NCBI GenBank assembly: GCA_947478395.1
Contig: CANJVR010000002.1
Coordinates: 672,001 to 736,000, forward strand
DNA length: 64,000 bases
Reading direction: 5' to 3'
DNA from: Opitutia bacterium
Lineage (GTDB): Bacteria > Verrucomicrobiota > Verrucomicrobiia > Opitutales > Opitutaceae
Shown here piece by piece: positions 44,101 through 50,977 of the stretch. The stretch's first letter is position 1. Every line of letters starts with the position of its first letter. A program made the translations under genes and the position numbers. The notes below the pieces were generated by a model. The model saw only the letters and a program-made list of their open reading frames with translations. It was not told where the DNA came from and did no database searches.

Positions 44101-45183
44101 GTGCCGCTCCCCTCGCCGCAAATCCCCGGCCAGCCGCGCACCGCGCTGGCGCCGATGCAGGACGTCACCGACCTCGCCTTCATGGGCGTGATCGCGCACT
44201 ACGGCGCTCCCGACTATTTTTTCACCGAGTTCTTCCGCGTGCACGCGTCGTCGCGCCTAGAGAAACATATCCTGCGATCCATCGATGAAAACAAGACGGG
44301 GCGCCCGGTCTTTGCCCAATTGATCGGCGAAGATCTCGAACAGCTCGCCCGCACTGCCGCCGAATTGCTCGAGCACCGCGTCGCCGGCATCGACCTCAAC
44401 CTCGGCTGCCCCGCCCCGAAGGTTTATAAAAAAAACGTCGGCGGCGGTTTGCTGCGCGATCCCGAACGTATTGGAGAAATCCTCGGCACGCTTCGCGCCA
44501 CCGTACCCGGGTTGTTCACGGTGAAAATGCGCATTGGTTTCGAGGACGCGCGGCACTTCGACCGGATTCTCGATCTGGTCAACGAACACCGCGTCGACCT
44601 CCTCAGCGTTCACGGTCGCACCGTGAAGGAAATGTACCGCAGTGAAGTGCACTACGATTTCATCGCCCGCGCCGTAGCGCGCGTGCAGTGTCCCGTGCTC
44701 GCCAATGGCAATATTACGTCGTCCGCTACCGCGGTCCGCGTGGTCGGATCGACGCGAGCCGCCGGAGTGATGATCGGCCGCCACGCCATCCGCAATCCGT
44801 GGATTTTCCGCCAGTGCCGCGAGCAGTTCGCGGATACCAATGTTCCGGTCTTTCAGCCCACGCTAGGCGACGTGCGTGACTACATCGAGCGACTCTATCG
44901 TGCCACGCAAGCGCCCGGACTCCTCGAGCGCTATCACGTGAACAAGATGAAAAAGTATCTCAACTTCGTCGGCCAGAGCGTGGACGCGACGGGCGCTTTT
45001 TTGCATGACATGCGCCGCGTGGAGAGTGAGACGGAGTTATTTTCCATCTGCGATCGCCACCTGCTCGCCGAGCCCGCGAAAGCATTTTCCTCCGAGCCCT
45101 ACGCCGGGGTGATCGCACGCCCGAATTGCGAAACCCCGAGCGAGACGAGCGACGGTTGCTCGTTGGAAGCGATCACCGCCTAA
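44101..45183 (+). CDS. tRNA-dihydrouridine synthase family
   Basis: LAPMQDVT, IDLNLGCP, VKMRIG, VHGRT, ANGNI, MIGR. Confidence 0.92.
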   Translation: MPLPSPQIPGQPRTALAPMQDVTDLAFMGVIAHYGAPDYFFTEFFRVHASSRLEKHILRSIDENKTGRPVFAQLIGEDLEQLARTAAELLEHRVAGIDLNLGCPAPKVYKKNVGGGLLRDPERIGEILGTLRATVPGLFTVKMRIGFEDARHFDRILDLVNEHRVDLLSVHGRTVKEMYRSEVHYDFIARAVARVQCPVLANGNITSSATAVRVVGSTRAAGVMIGRHAIRNPWIFRQCREQFADTNVPVFQPTLGDVRDYIERLYRATQAPGLLERYHVNKMKKYLNFVGQSVDATGAFLHDMRRVESETELFSICDRHLLAEPAKAFSSEPYAGVIARPNCETPSETSDGCSLEAITA

Positions 45184-45199
45184 TTTAGCCGGTCGGTCC

Positions 45200-45736
45200 C
45201 TACTCGAGGCCCAACGCCTTCCGTCCTTCGGGCGAGATCATCTGGGGAGTCCAAATGGGATCCCAAACGATGTGAACTTTCGCGGATTCGACTGAGGGCA
45301 GCGCCGCGATCTTTTGCCGCGCATCCTCGGCGATCGTCGGGCCCATGCCACAACCTTGCGCCGTCAGCGTCATTTTTACTTCGACCGAATTTCGTCCGGC
45401 CGCGACCGGCTCGATCGCCAGATCATAGACGAGCCCAAGATCCACGATGTTCACCGGGATCTCGGGATCGAAACAGGTCTTCAACGTCGCCCAAACCGCC
45501 TGCTCGTTAAACTCCCCCACACCCTGCGCGGCGCTCTGCGCTTCCGCTTTGGGCACGTAGCCGCGAAGCGCCGGAGCGTTTTCCGCTGCAATGCGAAATA
45601 GGCCGCGATCCGTGCGCACCGTCACATTGCCGCCGAGGCTCTGGGTGATGAATACATCCGTCCCCGCCGTTAAAGTCACCACGTCGCCCGCCGGGATCGC
45701 GGTCGCCGAAACATCCTGAATCAAAATTGTTTCCAT
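45200..45736 (-). CDS. sufT: Fe-S assembly protein SufT-like (DUF59)
   Basis: ITQSLGG, DPEIPVNIVDLGL, MTLTAQGCGMG, VWDPIW. Confidence 0.88.
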   Translation of the reverse strand: METILIQDVSATAIPAGDVVTLTAGTDVFITQSLGGNVTVRTDRGLFRIAAENAPALRGYVPKAEAQSAAQGVGEFNEQAVWATLKTCFDPEIPVNIVDLGLVYDLAIEPVAAGRNSVEVKMTLTAQGCGMGPTIAEDARQKIAALPSVESAKVHIVWDPIWTPQMISPEGRKALGLE

Positions 45737-45745
45737 GGTAGGGCC

Positions 45746-47572
45746 TTAGCGAATGGACAGATCGATGGGCAGCCGCGCGTAGACCCCCTTAGGATCATTA
45801 AAGGTGCGTAGCGTCGAAAGCTCGGTTTTTAAGCGCTCCGTGATTTTTTCCACGACGTCGCCCCGCGCCGCGGCCCGGGAGTCGGGGGAGAATTTCTCGA
45901 ACAACTCGGCGATCGCCTCCGCCAATTCTTTCTTCTGCGGATACTCCAAAAGGCGGTAGTTGGTCCCTAGGTTTGCCTTCGATGCGGCATATTTGATCGC
46001 CGCATCAAGTCCGCCAATTTCATCGACCAAGCCGAGTTTCTTCGCTTCCGCACCGGACCACACGCGACCCTGCGCGATTTCCTCGACGGTCTCGCGTTTG
46101 ATTTTGCGGGCGTCCGCGACCTTGGTCACGAACTCGCCGTAGATCCAGTCCACCAGGTTTTGTAGGACCGCGAGTTCCTCCGGTGTCTTCGGACGGGTGA
46201 TGGTGAGGGCGTCGGCAAACTTCCCGGTCTTCACGCTTTCAAAGGTGAGGCCAAAATCGTTCGCGAGTTTTTTGACGTCGAATTGAATCCCAAACACCCC
46301 GATCGAACCCGTGATCGTCGTGGGCTCCGCGAAAATTCGGTCGCCGTAGGCTGAAATCCAATAGCCGCCCGAAGCCGCGTAGGAGCCCATCGAAACAATC
46401 ACGGGCTTAACCTTGCGGGCGAGGCGCACTTCGCGGCCGATGTTTTCCGAGGCGGATGCGCTGCCGCCGGGGCTGTTCACGCGCAACACGATCGCCTTGA
46501 CGGAAGCGTCCTGCCGCATCTCGCGCAGCTCGCGCGCAAATTTTGTCCCGCCGATTTCGCCCCGCTCGCCTTCGCCATCGACGATCGAACCCTCCGCGTA
46601 AACCACCGCGATCCGATCGTGGCCCGACATGCCAGCCGCTTCCCCGGGCTTGGTGGAGTCAAGTTTGTCCCGCGCGATCTTCGCATAGTCCCCGAGCCCG
46701 ATTTGCTTGAACGTATGTTTGTCGGTTCCTGCGCCCGTTTGGGCTTTGAGGTCGTCGATGACTTCGTCGCGGTAGGCAATGCGGTCCACCAGATGGCCCG
46801 CCTTTGCGGCCTCGGGCCGGATGAGACCTTGGGCGTCGACCACTTCTTGGAGTTTTCCGGCCGTGATACCACGCGCGAGGGCGATATCCCCGACCATGCT
46901 ACCCCAGATGTCATCGAGTAATTTTTGCGTCTGCTCGCGATTCTCCGGGCTCATGTCCTTGCGGGTATAGGGCTCGACGAACGATTTGTATTTTCCGACG
47001 CGCGTGACCTGCACGCCGATCCCGTATTTTTCGAACGCACCCGTGTAGAACATCGCCTCGCTCGCGAGCCCGGGCATCATAATCAGCCCGTAAGGATCGA
47101 GGGCGATATCGGTCGCGGCCGAAGCCAGGAAATAGTCTTTCGTGGTCGCCGACTCGAGATAGGCCTTCACCGGTTTGCCGCCGGCTTTGAAATCGAGCAG
47201 CGCCGCGCGCACTTCCTTCAAAGCCGCGTAACCGGATCCGTAACCCGAAGGAGCCAGCGCGCCCTTGAGGAGAATGCCCGCGATGCGGTTGTCGTCCCGA
47301 GCCGCGCGAAGGGCGCGCGTGACCGAGCGTAATTGCAGCGTGTTGGTATGGCCGCCGGTGAACTGGCTCAAATCAACCACGGGGGGAGAATCGGTGATAT
47401 TGGCGTCGAGATCGAATACCAGATATGCCCCGCGCTCCAGCGACGGCGCCTTTTTTTCACCGCTCATTGACACGATCGCGCCAAGGATGCCGATGAACAA
47501 TAGCGCCGCACCGCCGGTGAAGATGACGAGCGCCGCGATCGCACCGAGCATCGAGGTGAAAAAGTTTTTCAT
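45746..47572 (-). CDS. sppA: Signal peptide peptidase SppA, long form
   Basis: VGKYKS, LRVNSPGGS, AASGGYWIS, TGSIGV, AQGRVWSG. Confidence 0.95.
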   Translation of the reverse strand: MKNFFTSMLGAIAALVIFTGGAALLFIGILGAIVSMSGEKKAPSLERGAYLVFDLDANITDSPPVVDLSQFTGGHTNTLQLRSVTRALRAARDDNRIAGILLKGALAPSGYGSGYAALKEVRAALLDFKAGGKPVKAYLESATTKDYFLASAATDIALDPYGLIMMPGLASEAMFYTGAFEKYGIGVQVTRVGKYKSFVEPYTRKDMSPENREQTQKLLDDIWGSMVGDIALARGITAGKLQEVVDAQGLIRPEAAKAGHLVDRIAYRDEVIDDLKAQTGAGTDKHTFKQIGLGDYAKIARDKLDSTKPGEAAGMSGHDRIAVVYAEGSIVDGEGERGEIGGTKFARELREMRQDASVKAIVLRVNSPGGSASASENIGREVRLARKVKPVIVSMGSYAASGGYWISAYGDRIFAEPTTITGSIGVFGIQFDVKKLANDFGLTFESVKTGKFADALTITRPKTPEELAVLQNLVDWIYGEFVTKVADARKIKRETVEEIAQGRVWSGAEAKKLGLVDEIGGLDAAIKYAASKANLGTNYRLLEYPQKKELAEAIAELFEKFSPDSRAAARGDVVEKITERLKTELSTLRTFNDPKGVYARLPIDLSIR

Positions 47573-47742
47573 AAGTTTTGCGCACCGTAGCCGCTTTCCC
47601 CCCCGCAGCCAGTAGAAAGGAAAAACGCCCGGCCAGCCCCCGGCCTTAAGCCCCGGTCCTTTGGGCCGATCTTAGCGGGATCGTCACATTTTCAATCCAC
47701 GAAGAATTTGCCTAGCTCCCCTCCAAAACTAAACTCGGCTTC

Positions 47743-49236
47743 ATGAGTGACCAAAAAGAGCTGCTAACGACGAACCGCAAGGCTCTCACGATCAACCTCG
47801 ATGAACCGCGCTACGGAACGTTCGCCGAGATCGGCGCGGGCCAAGAAGTGGCGCGGGTGTTTTTTCAGGCCGGAGGTGCTTCCGGGACCATCGCGAAATC
47901 CATTTCGGCCTACGACATGACCTTCAGCGACGCCATCTATGGCAAGGCGCCACGTTACGTCTCGCGTGAACGCCTGCTGCTGATGCTCGACCGCGAGTAT
48001 CAATTGCTCATCGAACGCCTGGCAGCGCAGCGCGGCGATCGCACCACTTTCTTTGTTTTCGCCAACACGGTCTCGGCTCGGAATTTCAAGGGGACGAACG
48101 AGGCCCACGGCTGGCTCGGCGTCCGATTTCAAACCGCACCCGGCGATGAACCCAGCGATGTCCTCCTGCACGTCCGCATGTGGGACAAGGAAAACGTACT
48201 CCAGCAGCAGGCGCTCGGCATCATCGGCGTCAATCTCCTCTACGGCGCATTCTACTACCACGCGGACCCGAAAAAATTAATCGAGTCGCTTCTCGACGGC
48301 CTTTCGTCGGATCGCATCGAGGTCGATATGCTCAAGCTCACCGGCCCGGCGTTCAAGAACGTCGATAACCGGCTCATGTCACTCTGCCTCGTGCAGTACG
48401 GCCTCACCAACGCGGTGATGTTCGGCCCCAACGGCGATGTGCTCCAGCCGTCCGAGGTGCTCTACAAAAAGGCGATCCTCGTCGAGCGCGGTAGCTTCCG
48501 GCCGGTCACACATGTCAACGTCGACATGCTCACCTGCGCCACGGCCCAGTTCGTCCAGGAGTCACCTGTAAAGGGCAAGGATGTCGTGGTGCTCATGGAA
48601 ATCACGATGAACAACCTGCTCGCGGCCGGGGAAATCGATGCGGAAGATTTTCTCGCGCGCGTCGACCTGTTGGGCGACATCGGCTTCACGGTGCTGATTT
48701 CCAACTACTCCGAGTACTACCGGCTCACGTCTTACTTCCGGCGGTACACGAAGGAAATGATCGGCGTCGCAATGGGCATCAACAACCTGATCGAGATTTT
48801 CAACGAGAAGTACTACGAGAATCTCGAAGGTGGCATTCTAGAATCGTTCGGGCGCCTCTTCCGGAACTCCGTCAAGCTGTACATCTATCCAATGCGCCAG
48901 GAAGGCTACGACCGCTACAGCACGGCGAGCGACAGTGCGTACGGCGGCGGAACCGTGACCACCCACGCGTTCGCTTCCTCGGTGCTGATCAACGCGAAGA
49001 ACGTCCACATCGTCGACCGCCTGCGCAATCTCTACGCCCATTTGCTCGAGGCGCACTACATCGAGTGCATCATTGGCTTCGATCAGAGCATCCTGCATAT
49101 TTTCTCCCGCGACGTCCTCCGCCGCATCAAGGAAGGCGATACCCAATGGGAAACGATGGTGCCCACCGCCGTGGTGTCCGCGATCAAGAAGCGCGGATTG
49201 TTCGGCTACACCGCCGCCATCAAGCAGGCCAGTTAA
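47743..49236 (+). CDS. Conserved cytoplasmic protein with CinA-like N-terminal and nucleotidyltransferase (NadD-like) C-terminal domains
   Basis: YGTFAEIGAGQEV...YVSRERL; RGSFRPVT; C-terminal MVPTAVVSAIKKRGLF. No signal peptide or barrel pattern. Confidence 0.65.
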   Translation: MSDQKELLTTNRKALTINLDEPRYGTFAEIGAGQEVARVFFQAGGASGTIAKSISAYDMTFSDAIYGKAPRYVSRERLLLMLDREYQLLIERLAAQRGDRTTFFVFANTVSARNFKGTNEAHGWLGVRFQTAPGDEPSDVLLHVRMWDKENVLQQQALGIIGVNLLYGAFYYHADPKKLIESLLDGLSSDRIEVDMLKLTGPAFKNVDNRLMSLCLVQYGLTNAVMFGPNGDVLQPSEVLYKKAILVERGSFRPVTHVNVDMLTCATAQFVQESPVKGKDVVVLMEITMNNLLAAGEIDAEDFLARVDLLGDIGFTVLISNYSEYYRLTSYFRRYTKEMIGVAMGINNLIEIFNEKYYENLEGGILESFGRLFRNSVKLYIYPMRQEGYDRYSTASDSAYGGGTVTTHAFASSVLINAKNVHIVDRLRNLYAHLLEAHYIECIIGFDQSILHIFSRDVLRRIKEGDTQWETMVPTAVVSAIKKRGLFGYTAAIKQAS

Positions 49237-49390
49237 CCTGAGGTTGGAGTTGTCCGCACGTCCGGCGGCCGCTCGCGTTATATTCCCGATGCGCCGGGTC
49301 GGCAACGTTTACGCGGTGAGCTGAGTCGCGGCGGCGGGCGAGCGACAACCTGCCCTACCTCCGGAGCATATTTCTTAAAGCGCCGTCGGA

Positions 49391-50482
49391 CTACACCAAC
49401 GGCACAGCCAGTCCCAGCACAGCGGGGGTGGATTTAACGTGACGCCAGCGCCACGTATCCAAATCAGGCCAGCGCCCGACGGTCAGTTGCACCTCGATCT
49501 GGTCACCCACGGCAAAATCATCGCGCTCGCACCGCAAAATCCGGAAGCCCCAGTGGGGCGCGCGGCAGGGATCGAGCGGATTGGAGCTCAACGTCAGATC
49601 GTCATCAACCCGCGCGCGAAAATAAACGGCCAGCCCATCTAGCCGCCCCGCGTTGACCACCGTCCGCCGGAACGTCACCTCACCCGGCAGATCGCCCTCA
49701 TTGAGCGTTTGGAGGTCGATCGTCAGCAAGGGCTCGGGCTCGCCGAGAAAATGCTCGACGAGATGGAGGTCGGTACTGACGAGTTGATAATAATTCGGAT
49801 CCTGCGGCCGGTGCCGTTCCAGCGAGGCGTAGTCGAATCCGCACACCTCAAGCTCCCAGATAAACGGCACGAGCCGATCATCGCGCACTTTGATCGGCTC
49901 ACAGAAGAACTCAAAAGCACTCGGCAAAATGAGGCCGCCAGGCTTGAGCACGCGGTCCCGCAGATCAGCAACGTTTGCAACCATGCCTTCATCGAAAAGG
50001 CCGTCACCCATTTGCTCGTGCAAGATGACGTCCACCCGCTGCGTCACCTTGAAACCCGTGCTGTGCGTGGCGATGAACTCCACTTCCTCAATCCCATTTT
50101 CCACCGCGAGTGTGCGGGCGTGTTTTAAAATTTCCGAATGGTCGATCGCGTACACATGCGCGGCTCCCCGCCGCGCGGCGAGTGCCGCCAGGATGCCTGT
50201 GCCCGTGCCTAGGTCGATGACGCGGTCCCCGGGCTGGATGTGGCGGGTGATCGCCGCGTCGTAAAATGCCATGCGACGCTGATCCGCCAGCATGCGCTCC
50301 TGCGCGTGAAAACCCGCAAACATACGGCCGTTGTGCGCGCGATAATCGGATTCAGCCGAGAGCGGCGGATAAACCCACGCGGCAAAACGGGGCCGGGCCT
50401 CAATCCACGCCCGCAACATCCAGCTGCACTGCCGGCAGAAGCCAAAAACGCGAACGCTGAGAGATTGGAGCAGTGATAACAT
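49391..50482 (-). CDS. PRMT-like (protein-arginine N-methyltransferase fold) SAM methyltransferase
   Basis: MLADQRR, VIDLGTGTGIL, VYAID, VDVILHEQMGDGLFDE (double-E loop), LKPGGLILP, LDGLAVYF, APHW. Confidence 0.85.
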   Translation of the reverse strand: MLSLLQSLSVRVFGFCRQCSWMLRAWIEARPRFAAWVYPPLSAESDYRAHNGRMFAGFHAQERMLADQRRMAFYDAAITRHIQPGDRVIDLGTGTGILAALAARRGAAHVYAIDHSEILKHARTLAVENGIEEVEFIATHSTGFKVTQRVDVILHEQMGDGLFDEGMVANVADLRDRVLKPGGLILPSAFEFFCEPIKVRDDRLVPFIWELEVCGFDYASLERHRPQDPNYYQLVSTDLHLVEHFLGEPEPLLTIDLQTLNEGDLPGEVTFRRTVVNAGRLDGLAVYFRARVDDDLTLSSNPLDPCRAPHWGFRILRCERDDFAVGDQIEVQLTVGRWPDLDTWRWRHVKSTPAVLGLAVPLV

Positions 50483-50582
50483 CGGAAGTATCAAGAGGCG
50501 AAATTAGGCCGCGGATAAATCCGCCCGGCACGCAACCATCTCTCGTGGTCGCCAGAACGTCGCTCCACAAAACCGGGGCATG

Positions 50583-50608
50583 AAAAAACACGGCGAGAGC
50601 CGTGTTTT
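50583..50608 (-). terminator. Intrinsic terminator after the small Lys-rich ORF
   Basis: Minus strand AAAACACGGC-TCTC-GCCGTGTTTTTT. Confidence 0.8.
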
Positions 50609-50650
50609 GCCTTTGCGCTGACGGCACCTTAAGGCGCCGAGTTAGACCGC

Positions 50651-50752
50651 TTAGCGGCTGCTCTTCTTGCCGCCTTTGGCGACTTTTTTCTTCGCAGCAG
50701 ATTTAGCGGGGGCTTTTTTAACAGGTTTCTTGGAGCTTTTTGATTTGGCCAT
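50651..50752 (-). CDS. 33-aa histone H1/histone-tail-like basic peptide
   Basis: Manual translation MAKSKSSKKPVKKAPAKSAAKKKVAKGGKKSSR*; ATG start, TAA stop, own terminator; below the ORF-track cutoff. Confidence 0.8.
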   Translation of the reverse strand: MAKSKSSKKPVKKAPAKSAAKKKVAKGGKKSSR

Positions 50753-50803
50753 GGTGATATTTGTTATCGTCCGGATCGAAAGGTTCGCCCGGAACTCCAG
50801 CGA

Positions 50804-50884
50804 GAAGCCGTGATCTCCGTGCTAAGCGCAAGCTTTAAGATAATTTTTGTACACCGACTGCATCGCACACGAGATCACGGCTTC
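50804..50884. repeat. Perfect 14-bp inverted repeat with 53-bp spacer
   Basis: GAAGCCGTGATCTC (50804-50817) / GAGATCACGGCTTC (50871-50884). Confidence 0.8.
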
Positions 50885-50977
50885 CATCAAAAAAGTGATT
50901 CCCGCAATTTAACGGGCGGGCGATCGCAGCCTTCGAGCGCCGTTTTCAAAACAGACGACATCGGACGCGGACCACAG

